Positions 36,527 through 45,997 of a DNA stretch of 64,000 bases are shown in pieces. Below the pieces are notes generated by a model, which saw only the letters and a list, made by a program, of their open reading frames with translations, was not told where the DNA came from and ran no database searches. Positions within the stretch are counted from its first letter, which is position 1. Every line of letters starts with the position of its first letter. Origin of the DNA: Candidatus Onthoplasma faecipullorum (GTDB lineage: Bacteria > Bacillota > Clostridia > Christensenellales > UBA1242); the NCBI GenBank assembly GCA_019120295.1, contig DWVI01000002.1:10754-74753 (forward strand). Reading direction: 5' to 3'. The position numbers and the translations under genes were made by a program.

Positions 36527-36997
36527 CTACCAACGGAAGTGAGCAAATGCCTTGTTGGCTTCTGCTTGCCTATGCATATCGTCACGCTTTTTAATTGCGC
36601 CACCAGTTTGGTTAAATGCATCAACAATTTCAGCACCAAGACGAGATTGCATTCCGCGTTCATTACGTTTTCTAGCACACATAACTAGCCAACGAATAGC
36701 TAGTGTTTGTTGTCTATCTGCGCTAACTTCTAGTGGAACTTGATAGTTTGCTCCACCAACACGCCTTGCCTTTGTTTCCAACTTTGGTTTAATATTTTCG
36801 ATTGCTGTGGTTAGCACGTTCATTGCGTCGTCATTTAACTTTTCGCTAGCGTTTTTCATTGCGCTGTAAACGATAGATTGAGCAATACCCTTCTTACCAT
36901 CTTTCATAACTTGGTTAATGATTTTAGTAACCAAAGTTGAGTTATAAAGTGGGTCTGGTAATACTTCGCGCTTAACCGCTCTATTTCTTCTAGACAT
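36527..36997 (-). CDS. rpsG: 30S ribosomal protein S7
   Basis: 156 aa. [20 protein letters not shown]...AFAHFRW. Confidence 0.97.
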   Translation of the reverse strand: MSRRNRAVKREVLPDPLYNSTLVTKIINQVMKDGKKGIAQSIVYSAMKNASEKLNDDAMNVLTTAIENIKPKLETKARRVGGANYQVPLEVSADRQQTLAIRWLVMCARKRNERGMQSRLGAEIVDAFNQTGGAIKKRDDMHRQAEANKAFAHFRW

Positions 36998-37195
36998 ATT
37001 TTCTCCTTATATATTTATTACTTAAATTAAAATTTTGAAACTATAAATAAAATATTTTTAATTTACACTTATTCTTTCCCTTTCTTAATTACTAAATTAA
37101 TTCGCTAAATATACCCCTATTTAAAAACACGATTATACAGCAATTACTTTTGTTCTTTCGATTTAAACAAAAACCTATTAAAAGGAAAAGGAGCC

Positions 37196-37225
37196 ATGAG
37201 GGAAAAACATAGGGTTGTCCCTCAT
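37196..37225 (-). other. 8-bp-stem hairpin (ATGAGGGA/TCCCTCAT, 14-nt loop) inside the unusually long rpsL-rpsG spacer
   Basis: Read directly. On the mRNA strand it is followed by GGCUCCUUUUCCUUUU. Confidence 0.4.
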
Positions 37226-37290
37226 AACAAAAGACGAAAAAGCGTACAGGCTTAAATTGCGTAACAAAGTTAGCAATTTAGCAAAAACGC

Positions 37291-37662
37291 TTATTTCGGC
37301 TTTTTAGCGCCATATTTACTTCTACCTTGTTTACGTTTTTGAACAGCAGCAGTATCTAACGCACCACGAACAACGTGATAACGCACACCTGGTAGGTCTG
37401 GAACACGACCGCCCCTTACTAATACTACGTTGTGTTCTTGCAAGTTGTGACCTTCACCTGGGATATAACAAGTTGTTTCTTTACCAGTTGAAAGACGAAC
37501 TCTACAAATTTTACGTAAAGCTGAGTTAGGTTTTTTAGGTGTAGTGGTAGTAACAGTTAAGCAAACACCACGTTTTTGTGGGCATGAATCAAGCAAAATA
37601 GATTGGCTCTTTTCAACTTGTTTAACTCTACCTCTTCTCACTAATTGATTAACAGTAGGCAT
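37291..37662 (-). CDS. rpsL: 30S ribosomal protein S12
   Basis: Start at the ATG at 37662 ([12 protein letters not shown]) after AAGGAGGAAAAA. The track ORF is over-extended by 20 codons. Confidence 0.97.
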   Translation of the reverse strand: MPTVNQLVRRGRVKQVEKSQSILLDSCPQKRGVCLTVTTTTPKKPNSALRKICRVRLSTGKETTCYIPGEGHNLQEHNVVLVRGGRVPDLPGVRYHVVRGALDTAAVQKRKQGRSKYGAKKPK

Positions 37663-37954
37663 TTTTTCCTCCTTAAAAATTTTTTGCAACCACTTATTTG
37701 GAATATTCCAAAGTATGAACAAAGCAGCATTTTGTACAATACTGGTTAATTATAACAAAACACAATCAAATTGTCAATGGAATATAAAATTTTAATGTAA
37801 AATTTTTTACATATTTTTAATTGAAATATATAAATAAACAAAAATATTAAATATTGATAAAAATTAGCGTTAAAAACACTATGATTTTTTTAAAAAAATT
37901 GATAAAATAATTATATAGATTATTTATTTTTGTTACTATTAGAAGGAGTGAAAT

Positions 37955-38173
37955 ATGAAGAACGCAGAAGAAAAAGCAAGGAAATGTATTTACCGTGTGG
38001 CTTATGATAAAGAAAGTAGAAAATGGCTTATCAAAAAAGACGGTGCCAAACGCACAATAGATTCATATCACACAAAAGAAGAAGCAATGGAAAGAGTTAA
38101 AGAATTGTGTGAAAAGTATGATTTAAATTACGTAGTTCATAAAAAAGACGGCAAATTTCAAAAGAAAAAATAA
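37955..38173 (+). CDS. DUF2188-like small protein
   Basis: 72 aa. YRVAYDKESRKWLIKKDGAKRTIDSYHTKEEAMERVKELCEK matches the DUF2188 pattern (W.V...ga.r....f.TKeEAi..A). GGAG SD. Confidence 0.65.
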   Translation: MKNAEEKARKCIYRVAYDKESRKWLIKKDGAKRTIDSYHTKEEAMERVKELCEKYDLNYVVHKKDGKFQKKK

Positions 38174-38189
38174 ACAAAGATAAAGACTT

Positions 38190-38217
38190 AAAAAACTCTT
38201 ACATGAGAGTTTTTTTA
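38190..38217 (+). terminator. Intrinsic terminator after the DUF2188 gene
   Basis: ACTCT-TACATG-AGAGT hairpin followed by T7. Confidence 0.6.
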
Positions 38218-38221
38218 GTAC

Positions 38222-38259
38222 AAAAAAGACCAAAATTACACATTAAATTTGGTCTTTTT
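38222..38259 (-). terminator. Intrinsic terminator after rplQ (end of alpha operon)
   Basis: GACCAAA...TTTGGTC stem with a U-run on the minus strand. Confidence 0.6.
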
Positions 38260-38280
38260 ATTTTAACTAATAAAATTAAA

Positions 38281-38790
38281 CTAAATCAACTCAATGATTG
38301 CCATTTGAGCGTTGTCGCCTTTGCGTAGACCTGTTTTGATTATTCTAGTGTATCCACCAAATGAACCAAGTTCTTTAGCGCGAGTTGCATATTTTGGAGC
38401 AAGCACGTTGAAAACTTTTTCCAAAAGTGGATTTTTAATATTTTCAGTTCTAGCAATGTAATCTGCTTTCTTCTCACCTGGTCTGCGTTGTTCTTTAACA
38501 GAATATGTTTTAGCCATAATCTTTCTTCTAGCAGCGAGTTTCTTTGGTCCGTCGTTCATAACTTCACGAGCAACCTTTTCACCCTTTTTATTTACTGAAT
38601 ATTTGGTTACAGTTATAACATCTTCGTAAGAATTTAAAGCAAGCGTTAAAAGTTTTTCAACATAACTTTTAAGCGATTTAGCCCTAGCGAGAGTTGTTTC
38701 AATTCTACCTTTCCAAAGAAGGTCAGTTGCTTGATTGCGCATTATTGCCAACCTTTCTTCGGTAGGACGTCCTAATTGTTTCACTTGCAT
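38281..38790 (-). CDS. rplQ: 50S ribosomal protein L17 (with ~45-50-aa internal insertion)
   Basis: 169 aa. LGRPTEERLAIMRNQATDLL N-terminus and GGYTRIIKTGLRKGDNAQMAIIELI C-terminus. The extra segment is NSYEDVITVTKYSVNKKGEKVAREVMNDGPKK... Confidence 0.93.
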   Translation of the reverse strand: MQVKQLGRPTEERLAIMRNQATDLLWKGRIETTLARAKSLKSYVEKLLTLALNSYEDVITVTKYSVNKKGEKVAREVMNDGPKKLAARRKIMAKTYSVKEQRRPGEKKADYIARTENIKNPLLEKVFNVLAPKYATRAKELGSFGGYTRIIKTGLRKGDNAQMAIIELI

Positions 38791-38812
38791 TATTTTTCTC
38801 CTTTAATAATTT

Positions 38813-39769
38813 TTAGTAATTTTCGTTTCCTTCAAGAGTTATACCGTAAGATTCAAGTTTAGCAATAACTTCTTCCATAGATTTAGCACCCATGTTACGC
38901 ACTTTCATCATTTCTGCGCGTGACTTTTTAGCAAGGTCACCAACAGTTTCAATACCAGCGCGTTTCAAGCAGTTATAACTTCTTACGCTAAGTTCCATTT
39001 CTTCGATAGGTTTTTCGAATAATTTGGTTCTTTCGTCTTCTTTTCTAGCAACTAAGATGTTAACGCCGTCCATACCTTCAACGAGTTCAACAAACATTGT
39101 TGCATAGTCGTTAATAAGTTTTGCAGAAAGCGCGATAACTTCTTTTGCGGTTACTGTTGCACGAGTTTGAACATCTAGCACTAATTTATCAAAATCAAGG
39201 TTTCTACCAACACGGCTAGATTGCACTTCAAAACTAACACGCTTTACTGGTGTGAACAATGCATCAATTGCAATAAAGTCCACTTCATCAGAAAAGTTTT
39301 TGTTTTGATTTGCTGGAACGTAACCCCTACCGCGACCAACATACATTGTAATTTCAAGGTCAGCGTCGTCATCAATAGTGCAAATATATTGATCTGGGTT
39401 CATGATTGTAATGCCGTCTTCACATTCAATATCTTTGGCGTAGATTGTTGCAGGACCTTTCTTATTTAATCTGATTGTGCCCTTAAAATCTTCGTCGGTT
39501 GATTCTGTTTTAACAGCAACAGACTTTAAGTTTAGTATAATATCAGGAACATCTTCGATTACGCCTTTAATTGTTGAAAATTCGTGCAAAACGCCTTTGA
39601 TTTTCACACCAACAATGGCTGCTCCTGGAAGTGAACTTAAAAGTGTACGTCTAAGCATGTTACCAATAGTAACACCAAAACCTTTTTCCAAAGGTTCAAC
39701 AGTTACGATTGCATGTGCGCCGTTATCAAGTTCTTCCAAAGATATTTTTGGTTTTTCGATTTTCATCAT
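38813..39769 (-). CDS. rpoA: DNA-directed RNA polymerase subunit alpha
   Basis: 318 aa. GNMLRRTLLSSLPGAA, C-terminal domain ELSVRSYNCLKRAGI. Confidence 0.97.
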   Translation of the reverse strand: MMKIEKPKISLEELDNGAHAIVTVEPLEKGFGVTIGNMLRRTLLSSLPGAAIVGVKIKGVLHEFSTIKGVIEDVPDIILNLKSVAVKTESTDEDFKGTIRLNKKGPATIYAKDIECEDGITIMNPDQYICTIDDDADLEITMYVGRGRGYVPANQNKNFSDEVDFIAIDALFTPVKRVSFEVQSSRVGRNLDFDKLVLDVQTRATVTAKEVIALSAKLINDYATMFVELVEGMDGVNILVARKEDERTKLFEKPIEEMELSVRSYNCLKRAGIETVGDLAKKSRAEMMKVRNMGAKSMEEVIAKLESYGITLEGNENY

Positions 39770-39783
39770 AATTCACTCTCCCA

Positions 39784-40401
39784 TTATCTTGAATAATATT
39801 CTACAATTAAGTGTTCTTGAATGTTAAGGTCTAAGTCATCTCTTTCTGGTAATGCAAGCACTTTACCTGTTAAGGTTTCAGTGTTCATTTCTAACCATTT
39901 TGGAGTGCTAACCTTAGCGCCTTTAATTACATTAAACATTTCAAGGTTTTGTTTATTATCCTTAACTGCAATAACATCACCGACTTTAACTTGATAAGAA
40001 GGAATGTTTACCTTTTTACCATTAACAGTGATATGACCATGGTTTACAATTTGCCTTGCTTCTGTTCTAGAAGAACCTAAACCTAAGCGATAAACCACGT
40101 TATCTAGCCTTAATTCAAGCATTTTAAGAAGTGCCCAACCTGTTCCTTCTTTGCTCTTAGTTGCTTTTTCATAATATAATCTAAATTGTTTTTCAAGCAA
40201 ACCGTAAGCGCGTCTTACTTTTTGTTTTTCTCTAAGTTGCATTCCATATTCGCTAACTTTCTTACGAGTGTTAGTGTGTGGACCTGGAGCCACAGGACGC
40301 TTGTCGAATGAGCACTTTGTTAAGCATCTTTCGCCTTTTAGGAAAAGTTTAACGCCTTCTCTGCGACATTGTTTGCAATCCGGACTTGTACTTCTTGCCA
40401 T
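39784..40401 (-). CDS. rpsD: 30S ribosomal protein S4
   Basis: 205 aa. CKQCRREG, YGLLEKQFR, RLDNVVYRLG. Confidence 0.97.
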   Translation of the reverse strand: MARSTSPDCKQCRREGVKLFLKGERCLTKCSFDKRPVAPGPHTNTRKKVSEYGMQLREKQKVRRAYGLLEKQFRLYYEKATKSKEGTGWALLKMLELRLDNVVYRLGLGSSRTEARQIVNHGHITVNGKKVNIPSYQVKVGDVIAVKDNKQNLEMFNVIKGAKVSTPKWLEMNTETLTGKVLALPERDDLDLNIQEHLIVEYYSR

Positions 40402-40409
40402 ATTTCCTC

Positions 40410-40799
40410 CTATAACCTTCTTCTCTTAGGTGGTCTGCATCCGTTGTGTGCTATTGGAGATACGTCTTTAATCATAGTAACTTGAAGACCAGCACTACCA
40501 ACCGCACGAATTGCAGCTTCCCTTGCGTTTCCTGCGCCTTTAACATATATAGCCACTTTGCTAACACCAAATTGAGCTACGTCTTTAAGACAAGCTTCAA
40601 CAGCGCTTTGAGCAGCGAATGGAGTAGTCTTTTTAGCACCGCGGTTACCAAGAGCACCCGCACTTGATTGTGCTAATGTGTTTCCTTGACTATCAGTTAA
40701 AGTTACAAGTGTGTTGTTAGAATTGGCGAAAATATGCACTGCGCCTTCGCCACCACTAACTACTTTTTTCTTCTTTTTAGTTTCTTTTTTTGTAGCCAT
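40410..40799 (-). CDS. rpsK: 30S ribosomal protein S11
   Basis: 129 aa. HIFANSNNTLVTLTD...HNGCRPPKRRRL. Confidence 0.97.
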   Translation of the reverse strand: MATKKETKKKKKVVSGGEGAVHIFANSNNTLVTLTDSQGNTLAQSSAGALGNRGAKKTTPFAAQSAVEACLKDVAQFGVSKVAIYVKGAGNAREAAIRAVGSAGLQVTMIKDVSPIAHNGCRPPKRRRL

Positions 40800-40813
40800 T
40801 TATTTACTCCTTA

Positions 40814-41182
40814 TTATTTTTTCTTATTTGCTATTGTCTTTTTAGGACCTTTGCGTGTGCGGGCGTTTTGCTTGCTAGATTGACCACGAACAGGTAAATT
40901 AGCAATGTGACGAAGTCCGCGATAGCATCTGATCTCTTTCAAACGTTTGATATCAAGAGCGACATCTTTTCTCTTTTCACCTTCAACCACGAAGTTAGCA
41001 TCTATATACTTACGAATAGCAGCAACTTCTTCTTCAGTTAAGTCTTTCACTCTTGTGTCTGGATTGATACCAGTTTCTTTTAAGATTTTGTTTGCACTAA
41101 CCCTACCAATACCATAGATATAAGTAAGACCAATTTCAACTCTCTTTTCGTTAGGTAAATCCACGCCTGATATACGTGCCAT
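40814..41182 (-). CDS. rpsM: 30S ribosomal protein S13
   Basis: Start at the ATG at 41182 ([10 protein letters not shown]) after AAGGAGGAAATA. The track ORF is over-extended by 21 codons. Confidence 0.97.
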   Translation of the reverse strand: MARISGVDLPNEKRVEIGLTYIYGIGRVSANKILKETGINPDTRVKDLTEEEVAAIRKYIDANFVVEGEKRKDVALDIKRLKEIRCYRGLRHIANLPVRGQSSKQNARTRKGPKKTIANKKK

Positions 41183-41225
41183 TATTTCCTCCTTAATTGT
41201 GTGTTTAAGTTTACCGTGATTTGAA

Positions 41226-41257
41226 CTGCAATGAGAGGTAAACATAACTCATTGCAG
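41226..41257 (-). promoter_or_regulatory. 10-bp inverted repeat CTGCAATGAG/CTCATTGCAG in the rpmJ-rpsM spacer (candidate alpha-operon leader hairpin)
   Basis: Read directly, 44-75 nt upstream of the rpsM ATG. Confidence 0.35.
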
Positions 41258-41342
41258 TGATATGTTCTCATAACACCAAAATGCCGCGAGATGTTATGTT
41301 TGTTGTTTAATTAAAACGAAAAAATAATTACAACTTGTGTAA

Positions 41343-41456
41343 TTAACCTTGACGTTGTTTGTGCTTAGGTTTAACGCAAATAACCATAACTCTACCGTTA
41401 CGTTTAATAACTTTACACTTTTCGCACATAGGTTTTACTGATGGACGTACTTTCAT
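41343..41456 (-). CDS. rpmJ: 50S ribosomal protein L36
   Basis: Below the track cut-off. [37 protein letters not shown] (37 aa). Confidence 0.95.
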   Translation of the reverse strand: MKVRPSVKPMCEKCKVIKRNGRVMVICVKPKHKQRQG

Positions 41457-41503
41457 TTTGAACTCCTTTTTTTGCAATTTTAAGGCTGAGCCTTTTATTA
41501 GCA

Positions 41504-41574
41504 GGCATTTTGCCAAAATGCCGAATTTAAGATTTACAATCTCATTTAGGTTGTCGGCACTTTGGCAAAATGCC
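41504..41574. repeat. Two copies of a 19-nt GC-containing palindromic motif (GGCATTTTGCCAAAATGCC at 41504-41522; GGCACTTTGGCAAAATGCC at 41556-41574) in the infA-rpmJ spacer
   Basis: Read directly. A third half-site CCAAAATGCC lies at 41275-41285, on the other side of rpmJ. Confidence 0.6.
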
Positions 41575-41602
41575 TTGTGTTTAACCTAAATAAACTAATA
41601 AA

Positions 41603-41824
41603 TTAGTTTTTATTGCGCCAAACAATTCTGCCTTTTGTAAGGTCGTATGGACTCATTTCAACTTTAACTTTGTCACCAATCAAAACACGAATTTTGTTAG
41701 CGCGAAGTTTACCTGAAATATATGCAGTGATACAGTGACCGTTCATAATTTCAACTTTGAAATTGCCGTTAGGCAAAACATCAACTACTTCACCTTCTGC
41801 ATCAATTACATCTTCTTTCGACAT
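41603..41824 (-). CDS. infA: Translation initiation factor IF-1
   Basis: 73 aa. [26 protein letters not shown]...GRIVWR. Confidence 0.97.
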   Translation of the reverse strand: MSKEDVIDAEGEVVDVLPNGNFKVEIMNGHCITAYISGKLRANKIRVLIGDKVKVEMSPYDLTKGRIVWRNKN

Positions 41825-41832
41825 ATCTCTCC

Positions 41833-42105
41833 TTATTCTTCATTATTTTTATACAAATTTATCAATTTGTACAACTCTGCATTAGTAATCGTTGGCGAAT
41901 TTAATCTGTTTAGCAAGTTTTTATCAGTTGCCACGAACTGAACATGTTTAGGATTTTTTTTCTTTGGTTTTTCAATTTTTCTTGACCTACCATTTATTAT
42001 ATCAAGAAAACCAAATTTGTCAATAGATAGCACTAAAAATAACTGATTTTTGTCATGTCCAGACAGTGATTTTACAATATCTCCTGCTTGAATAATTCTA
42101 TCCAT
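41833..42105 (-). CDS. KOW-domain small RNA-binding protein (YbzG-like) between map and infA
   Basis: 90 aa. [22 protein letters not shown] is KOW-like. Conserved Firmicutes position. Confidence 0.7.
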   Translation of the reverse strand: MDRIIQAGDIVKSLSGHDKNQLFLVLSIDKFGFLDIINGRSRKIEKPKKKNPKHVQFVATDKNLLNRLNSPTITNAELYKLINLYKNNEE

Positions 42106-42131
42106 ATTTCTCCTAATTTTTTAGTTTTACA

Positions 42132-42878
42132 CTATAATGTTAAGATTTCTACACCGTCTTTTGTAATTAGTATGGTGTTTTCATAGTGCGCACTAGGAAG
42201 TCCGTCCTGTGTGGTAACTGTCCAATCATTGTCTTCTAGATAAACGTCGCGACGACCAAGTGTTGCCATAGGTTCAATGGCAAGCGTCATACCTTCCTGC
42301 AAAACTATGCCTGAATTATATTTACCATAGTTTGGAACGAGTGGGTCTTCGTGAAGATGTGTGCCAACACCATGACCACAAAGTTCTCTAACCACGCCAT
42401 AACCACGACTTTCCAAGTAAACTTGAATTTTGTGGCTAATGTGACCTAGCCTTGAACCTGCTTTGATGTCCTTAATACCTTCAAAGAATGATTGTTTTGT
42501 TGCTTCGATTAAATTTGAATTTTTAATTGAGATGTTACCCACTGGGAATGTCCTAGCCGCATCGCTATGGTATCCTTCATAGATAACACCACAATCAATA
42601 CTTATAATGTCCCCTTCTTTTAGTGGAACATTTGAGCAGAACCCATGCACAACTTGTGCATTTAAACTTGCACAAATTGTGTAAGGAAATCTCTCATAAT
42701 TTAAAAAGGAAGGTGTTGCGCCTTGCGAAATTATATAATCATAGGCCAAATCATTAAGGCGCTGAGTGGTTTGGCCAGGATAGATTGATTTCTCCAATAA
42801 ATCGAGTGTTTGTTTTAAAATTTTACCCGACTTACGCATTTTTTCAATCTGTTCAGAATTTTTAATTGTTATGCTCAT
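42132..42878 (-). CDS. map: Type I methionine aminopeptidase
   Basis: 248 aa. VVHGF, DCGVIYEGYHSDAARTF, GHGVG, EPM metal-ligand motifs. Confidence 0.95.
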   Translation of the reverse strand: MSITIKNSEQIEKMRKSGKILKQTLDLLEKSIYPGQTTQRLNDLAYDYIISQGATPSFLNYERFPYTICASLNAQVVHGFCSNVPLKEGDIISIDCGVIYEGYHSDAARTFPVGNISIKNSNLIEATKQSFFEGIKDIKAGSRLGHISHKIQVYLESRGYGVVRELCGHGVGTHLHEDPLVPNYGKYNSGIVLQEGMTLAIEPMATLGRRDVYLEDNDWTVTTQDGLPSAHYENTILITKDGVEILTL

Positions 42879-43488
42879 TTATAATCCTTAAGCAAGTTTC
42901 GGCAACCTGGTCTGGTGTGCCACTTGCGTCGACTTCAAATAAAACATTATCTTTTTTATATTTATCAATAAGCGGATAAGTGTCTTTATAAAAACCTTCA
43001 AAACGCTTATTGATACTTTCGATTGTATCGTCAAATCTTTGCTCTAATTTTCCACCACAATTTGGACAAACTAAAGTGTTTATTCTCTTTGTGTTGTAAA
43101 TTTGACCACATTTTGAACAAGTTAGGCGAGATAAAATTCTATCCACCGCAACTTCTTTTGTTAAATTTAGATAAATTACAATATCTGGTTTAGCCAACTT
43201 ATCTAGCGCATTTGCCTGTTCCGTATTACGTGGAAAGCCGTCAAACACGGTTATCTTTTTATTGTTAGACTTTAACTTTTTATTTAGTACGTCCATAACA
43301 ATATCTAGTTCAACCAAGCCACCATTCATTTGAATTTCTTTTATGTGCTTGCCAAGTGACGAACCAGTTGCAACTTCGTCACGAAGAAGTTGACCAGTTG
43401 AAATAACATTTAAATCTAAATGTTTTTCTAAACTTGATACCAATGTGCCCTTACCAGAGCCTTGAATTCCGATTAATACAATATTCAT
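42862..43488 (-). CDS. adk: Adenylate kinase (zinc-lid type)
   Basis: 208 aa. GIQGSGKGT P-loop. Lid CSKCGQIYN...CPNCGGKL. Confidence 0.93.
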   Translation of the reverse strand: MNIVLIGIQGSGKGTLVSSLEKHLDLNVISTGQLLRDEVATGSSLGKHIKEIQMNGGLVELDIVMDVLNKKLKSNNKKITVFDGFPRNTEQANALDKLAKPDIVIYLNLTKEVAVDRILSRLTCSKCGQIYNTKRINTLVCPNCGGKLEQRFDDTIESINKRFEGFYKDTYPLIDKYKKDNVLFEVDASGTPDQVAETCLRIINEHNN

Positions 43489-43496
43489 TTTTACCC

Positions 43497-44804
43497 CTAT
43501 TTTAAAAATCCTCTATAATTTTTCATAAGCATTTGTGCTTCTAACTGTTTATCAAATTCTAGTGCCACTGATACTACGATTAACATACCTGTTGCACTGA
43601 ATGCGCTGTTTAGTCCACCTGTTCCAATCGCTGTGAATAAAAGTGTTGGAATAAGTGCCATAAATGCTAAGAATATAGCGCCAAATAATGTTATTTTCTT
43701 ATTTATTCCCTTTAAATATTGTGCGGTAGGTTTACCAGGGCGAATACCTGTTATAAAACCACCATTTTGTTGAATTTGACGTGCAATTTCGTCTGGGTCG
43801 AAGTTTAACATGGTGTAGAAGTATGCAAACGCCAATATTAGTAATGATAAGACGATTGAATATACCCATGTGCCCGCGCCAAGCCAATTATTCCACCAAG
43901 TGATAAATGCATTGGTTGAATTTGGAGCGAAAATACTCATTAACATTTGTGGGAATGATAAAATAGATGTTGCAAAAATGATAGGAATAACACCATTTGC
44001 GTTTACTCTAATTGGAATGTATGTTGATTGACCGCCATACATCTTTCTACCTTTCACTTGTTTTGCATATTGAACAGGGACTTTTCTTTCTCCGCCGTCA
44101 ACAAATACGACAAGTGCAAATATAGCAATCAAAGCGACCACAAATAGCACTAATTGCCAAATAGCAGTTTGAGTTGTTTCACCGCCAACTGTAAGGTTAC
44201 TAAATGTTCCCATAAGAGCAGTTGCAGCGCTTGACAAAATACCAACAAAGATTAAAAGTGACATACCGTTGCCAATTCCAATTTCTGTGATTTTTTCACC
44301 AAGCCAAACGGTGAACATTGCACCAGCAACGAGCATTAACACAACGAATGTGTAGAACACCCATGCTTGACCACCAAATATAGCAAGGTCAGCATATTCT
44401 GCTTGACCAAAACCTACTGCAATAGCAATCGCTTGTGCAGTTGCTATAATAAGTGCTGCAATTTTAGTGTATAAACTAAGTTTCTTTCTTCCGTCTGCTC
44501 CTTCTTTGGCATATCTTTGCCAACTAGGAATAACAGGGGCTAAAAGTTGAATTATAATTGAAGACGTGATATATGGTGAAACACCAAGCGCTAGGAATGA
44601 ACCTTGTGATAGTGCGCCACCACTCACTGCACTAAGTAGACTTAAAAACGTATTGTTTTCAACATTTAAACCTAATGCTTCGCTATCAATTCCTGGAATT
44701 GGTATCCAGCAACCAACGCGGTAGATAAAAAGTAATAATAATGTTAACAATAACTTATTTCTTACTTCTTTAATTTTGAATGCGTCAGCTAATGTTTTAA
44801 ACAT
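43497..44804 (-). CDS. secY: Preprotein translocase subunit SecY
   Basis: 435 aa, 10 TM. LGVSPYITSSIIIQLL. Confidence 0.97.
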   Translation of the reverse strand: MFKTLADAFKIKEVRNKLLLTLLLLFIYRVGCWIPIPGIDSEALGLNVENNTFLSLLSAVSGGALSQGSFLALGVSPYITSSIIIQLLAPVIPSWQRYAKEGADGRKKLSLYTKIAALIIATAQAIAIAVGFGQAEYADLAIFGGQAWVFYTFVVLMLVAGAMFTVWLGEKITEIGIGNGMSLLIFVGILSSAATALMGTFSNLTVGGETTQTAIWQLVLFVVALIAIFALVVFVDGGERKVPVQYAKQVKGRKMYGGQSTYIPIRVNANGVIPIIFATSILSFPQMLMSIFAPNSTNAFITWWNNWLGAGTWVYSIVLSLLILAFAYFYTMLNFDPDEIARQIQQNGGFITGIRPGKPTAQYLKGINKKITLFGAIFLAFMALIPTLLFTAIGTGGLNSAFSATGMLIVVSVALEFDKQLEAQMLMKNYRGFLK

Positions 44805-45250
44805 TATACCTCCTCTACACTGCCACCTTGTGCTAAAATTTTCTCTTTTGCTTGTGCTGTAAATTTATTTGCCTTAACTTTTAATGCAACAGTAAGTTCA
44901 CCGTTGCCTAAAATTTTAACGCCGTCTTTCTCTATTTTAGATAGAATTCCAGCATCTAATAATTTTAGAGCGTCAACTTCAGTGTCTTTTTCAAATACGT
45001 TAAGAGCGCTAACATTTACAGTTGAATAAACCTTTTTAAATTTAGCGTTGCTAAATCCTTTAATAGGAATTCTTCTATATAATGGGTTTTGACCACCTTC
45101 AAATCCAGGACGAACGCCACCGCCTGAACGTGCGTTTTGACCCTTGTGACCTTTACCAGAGGTTTTTCCAACACCAGAACCGATACCGCGACCTAATCTC
45201 TTTTTAGATTGCTTTTCGCCTTCTGCATTTTTTAAATCGTGTATATACAT
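44804..45250 (-). CDS. rplO: 50S ribosomal protein L15
   Basis: 148 aa. [21 protein letters not shown]. Confidence 0.97.
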   Translation of the reverse strand: MYIHDLKNAEGEKQSKKRLGRGIGSGVGKTSGKGHKGQNARSGGGVRPGFEGGQNPLYRRIPIKGFSNAKFKKVYSTVNVSALNVFEKDTEVDALKLLDAGILSKIEKDGVKILGNGELTVALKVKANKFTAQAKEKILAQGGSVEEV

Positions 45251-45260
45251 AATCTCTCCT

Positions 45261-45458
45261 TTACGCTTCTTCTTCCACTTTTAACAAGTGGTTAACTTTG
45301 AAGATGCTACCTCTTATGCAATCGTTATCTGGAAGAACTCGGGTTTGACCAAGTTTTTTAAAGCCTAGTGCTTCAACGATTTTTGCTTGACGTTTGTCGT
45401 AACCAGTTGGGCTTTTAACTAGGGTAACTTTGATTGTTTTAACTTGTTTCTTTGCCAT
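45261..45458 (-). CDS. rpmD: 50S ribosomal protein L30
   Basis: 65 aa. [25 protein letters not shown]. Confidence 0.93.
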   Translation of the reverse strand: MAKKQVKTIKVTLVKSPTGYDKRQAKIVEALGFKKLGQTRVLPDNDCIRGSIFKVNHLLKVEEEA

Positions 45459-45466
45459 AAGTCCTC

Positions 45467-45988
45467 CTAAATTTCTTCAACTGATTTACCGCGAAGTAGA
45501 GCCACTTGTTCTTTTGTTCTTAAACCTTTAAGACCATTTAATGTTGCTCTAACAACGTTGATTTTATCAGTTGAGCCATAAATTTTTGCAGTTATATCTG
45601 TGTAACCAGCCATTTCAAACACGATACGAGCAGCACCACCAGCAATTAAACCTCTACCCTTTTTACTTGGTAACATTTTAACGCTAGTTTTAGCAAACTT
45701 ACCGATTGTTTCGTGTGGAATTGAGCCTTCGATAATAGGAACATTAATTAATGCTTTTTTAGCAGCCTTGGTTGCTTTTTCAATAGCTTGTGGAACTTCG
45801 CTTGCTTTACCAATACCCATTCCAACTCTACCTTTTTTATCTCCAACCACTACAAGAGCAGAGAGACGCATGGTACGGCCACCTTTAACGACCTTAGCAA
45901 CACGCCTTACGCCTATTAATCTTTTATCGAACTCATCTTTAACTTCTTCTCTTGGCTTTCTGAATTCACGTTTTTGTTGTTGTGCCAT
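45467..45988 (-). CDS. rpsE: 30S ribosomal protein S5
   Basis: 173 aa. VRRVAKVVKGGRTMRLSALVVVGD. Confidence 0.97.
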   Translation of the reverse strand: MAQQQKREFRKPREEVKDEFDKRLIGVRRVAKVVKGGRTMRLSALVVVGDKKGRVGMGIGKASEVPQAIEKATKAAKKALINVPIIEGSIPHETIGKFAKTSVKMLPSKKGRGLIAGGAARIVFEMAGYTDITAKIYGSTDKINVVRATLNGLKGLRTKEQVALLRGKSVEEI

Positions 45989-45997
45989 AATCTCTCC

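Noticed and set aside
37196-37255. 19-aa basic ORF (MREKHRVVPHNKRRKSVQA) on the plus strand in the rpsL-rpsG spacer.
   Set aside because: The GGAG sits only 2 nt from the ATG. The ORF coincides with the hairpin arms and lies on the strand opposite the operon. It is more likely a by-product of RNA structure.
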